Shown in pieces: positions 55,304-64,000 of a stretch of 64,000 nucleotides of DNA. Under the pieces are notes generated by a model. The model did no database searches, was not told where the DNA came from, and saw only the letters and a program-made list of their open reading frames with translations. The position numbers and the translations under genes are program-made. Origin of the DNA: a virus; the IMG/VR virus record IMGVR_UViG_3300012971_000021. The stretch is one strand, 5' to 3'. Positions within the stretch are counted from its first letter, which is position 1. The number at the start of each line of letters is the position of its first letter.

Positions 55304-58188
55304 TGCCTGCGAAGCCGAGAGCGAGAACCGCACGGCAGAAGCTTGAACTGTCGAAGATGCAGCCGGGCACCCTACAACGGGAGTTGATGGGTAACGACAT
55401 CGACCTGGAGAAGCTCGTCGTCTACCTCAAGAGCGCGATCCTGTTCGATACCACCGACCGGATTGTTGACTGCTCGGTCACCCGGACTATCGAAGGAGCG
55501 AGCACTCTCGATCTCACGCTCAACGACTACGACCGGAGCATCGTCAAGTCCTGGGCGATCAACGCGAAGCTCGACATCCAGATCGACGGAATGTGGTTCC
55601 GTCTCGTCAAGACATCCCGTGACGTAGGCGACGACAACCTTCAGCTAACATTCGAGCAGCGCGAGATCGCCTTGCTGCGCTCGTACCCGCCGAAGGGTGC
55701 GCCACACAACGGTGCGAAGTTCGCGAGCCGGACGAAGGTGACGCGAGCCGAGTTCATCCTCAACTTGATCCGAGAGGTCAAGGAAGTAGACATTCCTGTC
55801 GTCATCCCGGAGCTTCACAAGGTACAGAAGATCCAGAAAGCCGTAGACGCTGGCGGATCGTACGACTGGAGCAGTTTGTACAATACGAACCCAGGACTCG
55901 CCGCGGACATCAACAAGGGTCTCCAGGAGTCTGGCCAATCGACGGGGGCCGGGGGCGGGAACCAGAAGACCATTCCGCAGAAGTATCTGACGGTCGATAA
56001 GGCTCCTATGACCAAGGAGCAAATGGCCAACGCGAACACGATCATCTCGACCGGACTCGGGATGGGCGTCAAGCCGAAGCTGCTCGTCTGCGCCATCATG
56101 ACGGCCATCGATGAGTCTCGTCTGAAGAACCTCAGCGCCGGGGACAAGGACAGTGCCGGTCTCTTCCAGCAGCGCCCGAGCCAGGGATGGGGCAGCTATG
56201 AGAATGTGACCGACCCGCCGACCGCTTCGCGCTCGTTCTACAATCACGCGATCAAGTACGATCAGCAGTACCCGAATGCGTCGTATAACGATCTCTGTCA
56301 CGGCGTCCAGGGGAACAAGGATCCGAACGTCTATGGCCAGTTCTACGGCGAGGCCGTCCGCATCGTCACGGCGTACGGGGTACCTCTCAAGAAAGACGGA
56401 TCCGAAGACAGCGCCGCGAACGCGAACAATATGGCTAACGTAACATTCACAGGAGTTCAAGACTTTCTGTTCTACCGCGGAACGCCGACGCAGAATGGCA
56501 AATACTTCAAGCGGGAGGACAACTGGTCTTGTATCCAGCGGCTCGCGGACGACGTAGGCTGGCGCGCGTTCTTCATCGGCGGCGTCTTCTACTACCTGAC
56601 CGACGACGATCTGTTCAAGATGCAAGCGACAGCCATTCTGACCGAGGAGTCGGATGGCGTCATGGGCATCGGCTTCGACTACGACGTGGGCAAGACCCAG
56701 GCGACTGTCGAGGTTCAGGCTCTGACCGGCAAGTGGACAGTTCCGCCCGGAGCTATCGTCATCATCCAGGACATGGGAGCGATCTCGGGTCGCTGGGTCG
56801 TGAGTAACTTCGAGCGGAGCTTGTTCAACAATCAGGCCGACATCCAGCTATCAAAGCGCCAGCCCGATCTCCCAGAGCCGTTGGACGACGGAACGCAACG
56901 CCCCACCTGGGCATCGCAGACCGGCCCGCCTGGTACGCAAGCGGGGCAGGATCCTGGTTCAGCAGCATTCGGCGGTATCCCGGGAATGAACGATGCGTCG
57001 CGCAACGCGGTCGTCGCGGTCGCAAAGCGGGCACTGGCCATCGAGAAGGGAACCGATGGCGAGAAGAAGTGGCACTACAAGTACCCCGGCGACGAGGGTG
57101 GCGATGGCGGCCCAGCGCGCCCGATCCCGGACTCGCTTTGGAGCGCAGACGCGCACGACGCCATCGACTGCTCGGCGTTCGCGACTCTTTGCTACAAGGA
57201 AGCAAACTGCGAGGATCCGAACGGGAACAAGTACAACGGTCAAGGGTACACCGGGACTCTCGTTCGGCACGGCATCCCGGTTACGACGCCACAGCCTGGC
57301 GATCTCTTGTTCTACGGGTCGCCGCCGGACTATCACCATGTCGCGGTCTACATCGGCGGCGGGATGCAGATCCAGATTGGTAGCGCGCAGGGCGTCAAGA
57401 CCGAGCCGTCCGACGGCCCAGGGCCAGTCACCGCGATCCGGAGCTACCTGAACAAGAACACCGACAGCGGCATCTCTACGGGAGGGGCGGTTCCTGTTGC
57501 CCCATCGGGCGGCGGTACCGGGACTCTGCCAAAGGGCAAGATCACCGTCTTCATTCAAGCTGGCCACGATACGGGCGGGCACTCCGATCAGCCGTACGGC
57601 CACGAGGGTCAGTCGGGCGCTGCCGGCGAAGTCGAGTTCAATATGGAGATTCGCAACAAGGTCATCGAGCATCTACAGAAGGATGACCGATTCGCTCCCT
57701 GGTCAGCCGACGCTTGGAGCGCGAGCGCAGGAGCGACAGCAGCGCCCGGAGACGACGAGAACATCTTGTGTCATATGTTCGTCGCGATCCACTACGACCG
57801 TGGTACCCCGGGTAGCGGGTACTTCTTTGGCTACACACGAGGAGCGACTGATGGAAGGTCGGACGGAACCTCGACGCAGAGCGCCACTCTCTGTAACAAG
57901 ATTGCCGCCGAGATCAATCAGATCAGCGGCGCTCCTCCTCGTCTTGGTGATAACAGCAGCTTTGGCGGTACCCCCGCTGGCGCGAGCGGATGGGGCTACT
58001 ACCCCTGGGGCAGCACGCAGCGCGCCGCGCCCGATAACATCGACCATACTGGCGCTCAATGTACCGCGCATTGCATCATGGAGTGCGGACGAGCGAGCGA
58101 CGGCGACTACCTCGATCACAAGCGTGACGACATAGCCAAGGCCATCTACACCGGCATTTGCCGCTACTACTCTTACGATCCGGTATGA
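55303..58188 (+). CDS. Baseplate hub fused to lysozyme-like, NlpC/P60 and Amidase_3 domains
   Basis: AIDESRL..DSAGLFQQRPSQGWG; DCSAF..PGDLLFY..HHVAVY; QAGHD..EVEFN..AIHYD..IMECG. Confidence 0.85.
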   Translation: MPAKPRARTARQKLELSKMQPGTLQRELMGNDIDLEKLVVYLKSAILFDTTDRIVDCSVTRTIEGASTLDLTLNDYDRSIVKSWAINAKLDIQIDGMWFRLVKTSRDVGDDNLQLTFEQREIALLRSYPPKGAPHNGAKFASRTKVTRAEFILNLIREVKEVDIPVVIPELHKVQKIQKAVDAGGSYDWSSLYNTNPGLAADINKGLQESGQSTGAGGGNQKTIPQKYLTVDKAPMTKEQMANANTIISTGLGMGVKPKLLVCAIMTAIDESRLKNLSAGDKDSAGLFQQRPSQGWGSYENVTDPPTASRSFYNHAIKYDQQYPNASYNDLCHGVQGNKDPNVYGQFYGEAVRIVTAYGVPLKKDGSEDSAANANNMANVTFTGVQDFLFYRGTPTQNGKYFKREDNWSCIQRLADDVGWRAFFIGGVFYYLTDDDLFKMQATAILTEESDGVMGIGFDYDVGKTQATVEVQALTGKWTVPPGAIVIIQDMGAISGRWVVSNFERSLFNNQADIQLSKRQPDLPEPLDDGTQRPTWASQTGPPGTQAGQDPGSAAFGGIPGMNDASRNAVVAVAKRALAIEKGTDGEKKWHYKYPGDEGGDGGPARPIPDSLWSADAHDAIDCSAFATLCYKEANCEDPNGNKYNGQGYTGTLVRHGIPVTTPQPGDLLFYGSPPDYHHVAVYIGGGMQIQIGSAQGVKTEPSDGPGPVTAIRSYLNKNTDSGISTGGAVPVAPSGGGTGTLPKGKITVFIQAGHDTGGHSDQPYGHEGQSGAAGEVEFNMEIRNKVIEHLQKDDRFAPWSADAWSASAGATAAPGDDENILCHMFVAIHYDRGTPGSGYFFGYTRGATDGRSDGTSTQSATLCNKIAAEINQISGAPPRLGDNSSFGGTPAGASGWGYYPWGSTQRAAPDNIDHTGAQCTAHCIMECGRASDGDYLDHKRDDIAKAIYTGICRYYSYDPV

Positions 58189-59189
58189 GTCAAGTCTGGA
58201 TGGATATGCCGGCTCGTCAGAGCCTCGGGGCGATCTGGAAGGGAACGATCACGCAGCCGCCTTTGAACTTCTTGGCTCGTTGCGGTGTCATCATCCCGGA
58301 CATTCATCCGGATCTCGTCCACGAGAACGTTCGCTGGTCTGCGCGCGACAATATGTCGCTGCCCCAGGACGAAGACGAATGCCTCGTTGTCTTTGATAAC
58401 AACCAAGAACTTTGGATCGTTGCTTGGTGGCCAACCGATAAGCGTCCGAGCATCATCAGCAGCCCTTCCTCGGCTGGCCCTCCCCCAAACCCAGTCGATG
58501 GCGACATCTGGCTGGAAGAACGACCGACGAGCAATACTTCGCTAACCGTTCATGAGTACCAGGCCTCGACTAGCTCCTGGCTGACCTCTAGGGCGCTGTC
58601 TCTCTCGGATGTCGGCCCGCCGCCGCCATCAAGCGACCTCAATCAAGCGGTCTACAATGGGTGGTACTCCATTGCTCCCGGCTACACGAACTCGCCGGTG
58701 CCCGGAGCGTACGGCGCGCTCATGGTTACCAACATTACCTACACTGGAGCTTGCCGTCAGGTCTTTTACCAACATGGAGCTTACGCGACTTATCAACGGT
58801 TCCAGAATGGAGCGGGTTCTTGGTCTGCCTGGCAATGGATCCTCGGCTACACGGATACCGCTTGGGTGCCCATTAGCCTTCAGAACAGCTGGGGCAACTA
58901 TGCCAATGGTTACGCGCCTGCGCGTTACCGTCAACTGTCGAGCGGGCTAGTGTTGGTACAAGGATTGATAACACGACCGACCGATCCCGGGAATGGAACA
59001 GTTATTGCTCAGCTTCCTTCTGGGGTATGGCCTACCGGAAACATCATCTTTTCACAACCAGCTGGAGGCGGCATAGCACGTATAGACGTTACGGACTCGG
59101 GGGTCTTTCTTTGGTATGGGGGACTGACCACTGGTGCGAACACCGGATGGGCCTCTCTCAGCGGTATTCAATTCTACGCCGATCACTAG
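58185..59189 (+). CDS. Baseplate spike/fibre-like protein
   Basis: OB-like N-terminus; DLNQAVYNGWY knob-like segment; WVPISLQNSW...GLVLVQGLI. Confidence 0.65.
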   Translation: MSQVWMDMPARQSLGAIWKGTITQPPLNFLARCGVIIPDIHPDLVHENVRWSARDNMSLPQDEDECLVVFDNNQELWIVAWWPTDKRPSIISSPSSAGPPPNPVDGDIWLEERPTSNTSLTVHEYQASTSSWLTSRALSLSDVGPPPPSSDLNQAVYNGWYSIAPGYTNSPVPGAYGALMVTNITYTGACRQVFYQHGAYATYQRFQNGAGSWSAWQWILGYTDTAWVPISLQNSWGNYANGYAPARYRQLSSGLVLVQGLITRPTDPGNGTVIAQLPSGVWPTGNIIFSQPAGGGIARIDVTDSGVFLWYGGLTTGANTGWASLSGIQFYADH

Positions 59190-59198
59190 GAGGGAGCT

Positions 59199-59399
59199 AT
59201 GCAGGTACAGGTATCAATCAGACTGGGGCCGGACGAGACTCTCGCCAAGGGAAGCGACGAGGTTGCCGCTGACATCCTGTCTGCGCTCGGTCTCGATGCC
59301 GAGAGGGACACGGTCATGGTTCAGATGGCGCAGTTCGGATCGGCAGGAATGACGCAGATGCCGCCGGGAGCCGTGCCGGGAATGGTACCCGGTGCCTAG
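59199..59399 (+). CDS. Small hypothetical protein
   Basis: GGAGGGAG RBS. Confidence 0.7.
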   Translation: MQVQVSIRLGPDETLAKGSDEVAADILSALGLDAERDTVMVQMAQFGSAGMTQMPPGAVPGMVPGA

Positions 59400-59724
59400 C
59401 GTCGATTGCCCGCATTTCGATCTTCCCTTCCGGCTCGGCAAGGCCGGGGCGAACGTCGTGGAGCAGGACTCCATCGAAGATGTGGCCAACTGCGTCGTGG
59501 CGATCCTGGCGACTCACCCCGGGTGGCGGGACGAGGTACCGACGTTCGGGACGATGGACTTCGCGATGCGCCGGATGCCTCTAGGCGCGGAAGACATCGC
59601 GAGCTATATCGGCGCGCAAGAGCCGCGGGCAGTCTTGATCGTTGAGGAGCGTCCGGATCAGGTAGACTCTCTCGTCGATCACGTCAACATCGGCGTCTCG
59701 ATCCACCAGAAGAAAGGAACCTGA
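59392..59724 (+). CDS. gp25-like baseplate wedge protein
   Basis: ILATHPGWRDEVPTFG...EPRA. Confidence 0.85.
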   Translation: MPSVDCPHFDLPFRLGKAGANVVEQDSIEDVANCVVAILATHPGWRDEVPTFGTMDFAMRRMPLGAEDIASYIGAQEPRAVLIVEERPDQVDSLVDHVNIGVSIHQKKGT

Positions 59725-60920
59725 TGAGTACGAGCGGGTACATCTCATACCCCATCGACTCCAATACCCAGGACATCCTGGACGCCGCTTACGCTCTGAT
59801 CAAGAGCAAGGTTCCGGACTGGTTGGAGAACGACGGGAATCTCGATACATGGATCATCCAGGCGATGGCGGCGCAGGCGTCCGACCTCAAGGGGATCGCT
59901 CTGGACGTGCCCGATACGATCTTCATGTACTTCGGGTCGCAACTCATGGGCATCCCTCCGCTCGACGCGACCTCCTCAACCGTTCCGTCCACTTGGACGA
60001 TGTCCGATACTCTCGGGCACACGATCCCCGCCGGCACCCAAGTCGCCATCACGGATGCCGTCGGACAGCAACATGCCTTCCAGACGACAGCGGACTTCAC
60101 CGTGCCCGCGGGGCAGAGCGCGACCGCTGTTGGTGGGGTCACCCTTACCTCCATCGAGGCAGGCGCGGATATGACCGGCCTCGGAGGCAACGGCTACGTC
60201 GCGACGCTCATCGACAACCTCGCCTATGTTCAGACCGTAGCATTGACCGCTCTGACGTCGGGCGGGCAAGACGCAGAACTCTCCAGCGAGTACCTCGACC
60301 GGCTCGCACGCAAGCTCCAGCGCATCTCTAACCGGCCAGTGCTCGCCTCTGACTTCTCGCTCGCGGCGCTCGACATCGATGGCGTCTACCGCTCTCTGAC
60401 GCTCGATGGCTACAACCCGGCGAACTCGACATACAACAACGAGCGCATGATCGCCATCGCGGCCGTCGATAGCCTCGGGCAGCCGGTCTCAGCCGCGATC
60501 AAGACGCAGCTTCAGGCGTACCTCGACTCGCAGCGCGAAGTCAACTTCGTCGTCAACACCTTCGATCCGACCGTCACGCAGGTCGATGTGACGTTCAACG
60601 TCAAGGTCGTCGTCGGGTACACGGCAACCTCCGCTCAGGCGAACGCGCTCCAGGCGCTCCGAGACTTCCTCAACCCGGCGAACTGGGGACACGATCCAGC
60701 GGTCACCGACGCGACCGCTCAGGCGCAGACGTGGATCGTCAGCCCCATCGTCTACTACAACAAGGTGATCCAGGTTCTCTCGGAGGCGACCGGAGTAGAC
60801 CGGGTGATCACGATGACGATGGCGCTTCACGGGAACGCGCTCGGGATCGCTGACCTGACCCTTCCTGGCGCCGCACCGCTCGCGGACGACGGGACGATCA
60901 ACGGGACGGCGACACCCTGA
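59724..60920 (+). CDS. Baseplate J-like protein
   Basis: TIPAGT, GGQDAELSSEYLDRL, DGVYRS. Confidence 0.88.
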   Translation: MSTSGYISYPIDSNTQDILDAAYALIKSKVPDWLENDGNLDTWIIQAMAAQASDLKGIALDVPDTIFMYFGSQLMGIPPLDATSSTVPSTWTMSDTLGHTIPAGTQVAITDAVGQQHAFQTTADFTVPAGQSATAVGGVTLTSIEAGADMTGLGGNGYVATLIDNLAYVQTVALTALTSGGQDAELSSEYLDRLARKLQRISNRPVLASDFSLAALDIDGVYRSLTLDGYNPANSTYNNERMIAIAAVDSLGQPVSAAIKTQLQAYLDSQREVNFVVNTFDPTVTQVDVTFNVKVVVGYTATSAQANALQALRDFLNPANWGHDPAVTDATAQAQTWIVSPIVYYNKVIQVLSEATGVDRVITMTMALHGNALGIADLTLPGAAPLADDGTINGTATP

Positions 60921-61564
60921 TGGCGGGAATCGCGGACACCGGCTGGCCGGTCAACGACGTTACGCAGCGCGCGTACGATCAGGTCTACCCGGTCTCGATC
61001 CAAGACCAGCTATACGGCTGGCCGTTGCTCGCGTACGTCAACGCGCTCGGCGAGATGTTCCAGCAGATGGCTGACATTGTCGAAGATGGGCCGCATGGCG
61101 AGCCGGGCTGGTCGGTCATTTTGGACATCAACCGGACGAAGGATGAGGGACTTCCGTACCTCGCGCAGTTCATCGGTCTGAACTTCTACAAGGGATTGAC
61201 ATCGGCGGTGCAGCGCCAGCAGATCCGCGACCACATCAGCTGGCTGCGCGGTACGCCAAGTTCGATCTCTTCAGCCATCGGCCTCTTTCTGACCGGGACG
61301 AGGACAGTTCAGTTCTTGGAGCGAACTCCGGATGCCTATGCCTTCCAGGTGACCATCTGGGCCAGCGAGGCTCCTGCGGATACGTCTTCAACGTCCGCGC
61401 TCGTTCGCTACGTGAACCAGTTCGCGAAGCCAGCCGGTCTCAACTGGACTCTGACGGTCAACCCCGGGACTCCGCCAGCGACGACGTACGTGGCGATCTA
61501 CAACCGTGGCGATTCCTACGCCAACATCTTCAACAACTACCAGACCTACAACGACATCCGCTAA
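60920..61564 (+). CDS. Baseplate protein I-like
   Basis: LPYLAQFIG...RGTPSSI...KPAG. Confidence 0.8.
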   Translation: MAGIADTGWPVNDVTQRAYDQVYPVSIQDQLYGWPLLAYVNALGEMFQQMADIVEDGPHGEPGWSVILDINRTKDEGLPYLAQFIGLNFYKGLTSAVQRQQIRDHISWLRGTPSSISSAIGLFLTGTRTVQFLERTPDAYAFQVTIWASEAPADTSSTSALVRYVNQFAKPAGLNWTLTVNPGTPPATTYVAIYNRGDSYANIFNNYQTYNDIR

Positions 61565-61573
61565 GGGAGGGAT

Positions 61574-62134
61574 ATGCAGACTACATCAAGGCGAGGGATC
61601 CAGTATCCCGATCCCGCTACCAGAGCGGATCGTGCGGACATCGCCCTCCACCTTTCGTACCTGGCCATCCCGCTCGACGCAGACGTGCTCTTCCAGCAGG
61701 GCACGGACGCGGCGCGGGTCGCAGCCGCTCGCCAGACGGGCGGCGGCAAGTTCTGGTGGACTACGGACACCTTGCTTCTCTGGTACGACGACGGTACCGC
61801 TTGGCGCCAGGTTCAGACGCCGCAGTTGTCCGTCCCGAACCTCCAGACGATCAGCTACACGCTCGTACTCGCGGACACGACCAAGACGGTCGAGATGAAC
61901 AGCGGCTCGCCGCTGACGCTGACCGTCCCGACGAACACGGCAGTTGGCTTCCCGGTCGGTACGACCTGTAACATCGCGCAGGTCGGAACGGGACAGGTCT
62001 CCATCGCCGCTGCCGGCGGTGTGACGCTCCGCTCGTACGGGAACATGCTCAAGCTCGCCGGTCAGTACGCGCTCTGCTCGTTGATCAAGCGGGGCACGGA
62101 CGACTGGTGGGTCTCCGGAAACTTGGTGCCCTGA
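61574..62134 (+). CDS. Tail fibre/adaptor protein
   Basis: SYTLVLADTTKTV...TLTVP..FPVGT..QVGTGQV..WWVSGNL. Confidence 0.75.
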   Translation: MQTTSRRGIQYPDPATRADRADIALHLSYLAIPLDADVLFQQGTDAARVAAARQTGGGKFWWTTDTLLLWYDDGTAWRQVQTPQLSVPNLQTISYTLVLADTTKTVEMNSGSPLTLTVPTNTAVGFPVGTTCNIAQVGTGQVSIAAAGGVTLRSYGNMLKLAGQYALCSLIKRGTDDWWVSGNLVP

Positions 62135-64000
62135 TGCCGTATCCGCCGCCAGGGATCATCGACAGTATCGACCAGATCGTTCCGGCCGGTACGTTCACCA
62201 GCCCTGCGCCCGGGAACGTTTCGGGCATCATCACCCTTACGGTCTCGGCGTCGGACTACGATCAGGTGGCGAGCGTTCAGTTCCAGATCGACGGGGCCAA
62301 CATCGGCGCTCCAGACACCAACGCTCCGTACTCGACGACGTATGACACCCGCGCTCTCCTCAACGGGCCGCACACGTTCCAAGCCATCGTCAAAGATCGG
62401 GTTGGTAACTCGTTCACCACTTCGGTCGCCGTCACCTTCGCCAACGCGCCGGTAGTCGCGATCACCGCGCCCGGGAACGGAGCGAACGTCACCGGACTCA
62501 CGAGCTTCTATGCGACCGTGACGAGCTACGACGCCTCGGTCTCAACTCAATTCAGAGTCGATGGTGCGAACTACGGAGCAGCGCAACCGGGCACCGGTTC
62601 GGTCGGATTCGGCTCGGTCGATACGCGCTCCTGGGGGAATGGGGCGCACACTTGGTCGGTGGTCACTACGGATGGGCACGGTAACTCAGCAACGGTCTCG
62701 GTCACCGTCACGCACGTGAACAATCCGGTCGTCGCGTTGACTGCACCGGCAAATGGGGCGACGATCTCGGGAACCTCCGTCGTCGTCACGCAGAACGTGA
62801 CGAGCTACGATGTCGCGGCTACGACCCTCACTCAGTTCAAGATCGACGGGGCGAGCTACCTACCTCCACAATCCGGAGTCGGGAACGTCTCGATCAATCT
62901 CAACACGCAGTCGTTCTTGAACGGGAGTCATACGATCACCGCCGTGACGACAGACGCGCACGGCAACAGCGCGAGTTCAAGCATCACCGTAATGTTCGCG
63001 AACGCGCCGGTGATCAACATCACCAGCCCGGGGAACGGAGCGACGGTCAGCGCCGGGTTCGCCTTCAACGCGACCATTACCCACTACGACAACTCCTGCT
63101 CGACGGTCTTCAGGATAGACGGGAACCAATGGGGAGCGACGCAGTCTGGCGCCGGGGGTCTAGGGATCAGTCCGGACTCGCGCAGTTGGCTGAATGGCGG
63201 GCATACGCTTCAGGTGATCTCGACGGACGGCCACGGCAACACGCAGTCTGCGTCGATCTCCGTAACGTTCAACAACGCTCCGACCGTCTCAATCACGTCT
63301 CCTAGCAACGGAGCTACGGCGACCGGATCTCCGATCCAAGTCAACGCTTCTGTCACGAGCTACGACGCGACGACCTCTACGCAGTTCAATGTCGATGGCG
63401 CGAACTATGGCGGGGCGCAGAGCGGGTCGGGCGGTAAGGGTGTCAGCTTCGACTCGCGCTCCTGGCTCAACGGTTGGCATACATACTCGGTGACGACCAC
63501 GGATGGACACGGCAACTCAGCGTCTTCTTCGATCTCGGTCTATCACCGCAACGCGCCGGTCGCTTCTATCACTACGCCCGGAAACGGGGCATACGTCAGC
63601 GGCTACCTCAACTGGCACGCGAACGTCACGATGTACGATTCCAGCTGTACCATCAACTGGTACCTCCAGGGCAGCTTGTGGAACCAGTCGAGTACCCCGG
63701 GCAACGGGGTCGGCTACGACGGTTTGGATACGCACTACTGGCCTGTGGGTAACTGGAGCTTGAAGATCATCGTCACCGACGCGAGCGGTAACCAGGGTTC
63801 GTCCGAGGTTGTCGTCTACGTCAACAACAGCATCCCGGGCGCTCAGTGGACGTACCTGGGCAACCTGATGTCCTGGTACGGAGGCGACGACGGCCCTGGC
63901 TGGTACTCGATGCGTGACAACCCTGCGAGCTACGACCAGCGATGGAATCAACTTTGCTGGAACAGTGACACTTGGTGGGATCAGAGGGGTCAGAGTGCCG
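62134..64000 (+). CDS. Fibre protein with six tandem Ig-like (Big_7-type) repeats, truncated by window edge
   Basis: Hand-read from ATG 62134; ~92-aa units PVVAITAPGNGA...QFxIDG...DTRSWxNGxHT...DGHGN; no stop seen. Confidence 0.85.
   Translation, partial: MPYPPPGIIDSIDQIVPAGTFTSPAPGNVSGIITLTVSASDYDQVASVQFQIDGANIGAPDTNAPYSTTYDTRALLNGPHTFQAIVKDRVGNSFTTSVAVTFANAPVVAITAPGNGANVTGLTSFYATVTSYDASVSTQFRVDGANYGAAQPGTGSVGFGSVDTRSWGNGAHTWSVVTTDGHGNSATVSVTVTHVNNPVVALTAPANGATISGTSVVVTQNVTSYDVAATTLTQFKIDGASYLPPQSGVGNVSINLNTQSFLNGSHTITAVTTDAHGNSASSSITVMFANAPVINITSPGNGATVSAGFAFNATITHYDNSCSTVFRIDGNQWGATQSGAGGLGISPDSRSWLNGGHTLQVISTDGHGNTQSASISVTFNNAPTVSITSPSNGATATGSPIQVNASVTSYDATTSTQFNVDGANYGGAQSGSGGKGVSFDSRSWLNGWHTYSVTTTDGHGNSASSSISVYHRNAPVASITTPGNGAYVSGYLNWHANVTMYDSSCTINWYLQGSLWNQSSTPGNGVGYDGLDTHYWPVGNWSLKIIVTDASGNQGSSEVVVYVNNSIPGAQWTYLGNLMSWYGGDDGPGWYSMRDNPASYDQRWNQLCWNSDTWWDQRGQSA

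Larger units (their letters stand above)
1..64000. mobile_element. Bacteriophage genome (contractile-tailed, actinobacterial host inferred); nearly complete, no host flank visible
   Basis: Terminase-portal-protease-capsid-sheath-tube-TMP-baseplate order on +; replication and early genes on -; no integrase or host housekeeping operon. Confidence 0.97.

Noticed and set aside
1-64000. Integrase/att site, inteins, introns, DGR, known defence systems
   Set aside because: No recombinase, HINT, reverse transcriptase or defence motifs recognised; DnaE, TerL and MCM look uninterrupted. The unseen remainder of the genome could still hold them.

Overview
The whole window is a high-GC tailed phage genome with a contractile tail (myovirus-like), most likely infecting Actinomycetota. 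The Rpf-like gene recalls Thermoleophilia/Gaiella-type proteins, but that host call is inference. Two arms diverge from a ~2.5-kb control region (28.8-31.4 kb) that may hold the packaging site, origin or genome ends. The minus arm (28.8 kb to 1) has ~35 small early/accessory genes, an SNF2 helicase, a Cas4-like exonuclease/Sak4/SSB recombination module, a TOPRIM primase-MCM helicase fusion, a nucleotide-metabolism cluster, DnaE, Rpf, HU and ThyX. The plus arm (30.5 kb to end) has two degenerate LAGLIDADG-like genes, RuvC-like resolvase, TerS/TerL, a CHAP endolysin, Mu-like portal/protease, capsid, large lectin/beta-helix virion proteins, sheath, tube, tape measure, baseplate and an Ig-repeat fibre cut by the window edge. 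No integrase, CRISPR array, rRNA or canonical tRNA was seen. The most striking signals are non-coding: (1) twelve intergenic stop-codon hairpin/second hairpin modules coupled to a conserved GGAGGGTACC start-associated sequence, with antisense copies of that motif in structured leaders; (2) a ~670-nt stretch free of CA/TG dinucleotides except at its gene's start codon; (3) two catalytically dead LAGLIDADG-like genes next to a pseudo-palindromic element duplicated at 14.9 and 31.2 kb. All protein family calls are from motif recognition by eye; no searches were run.
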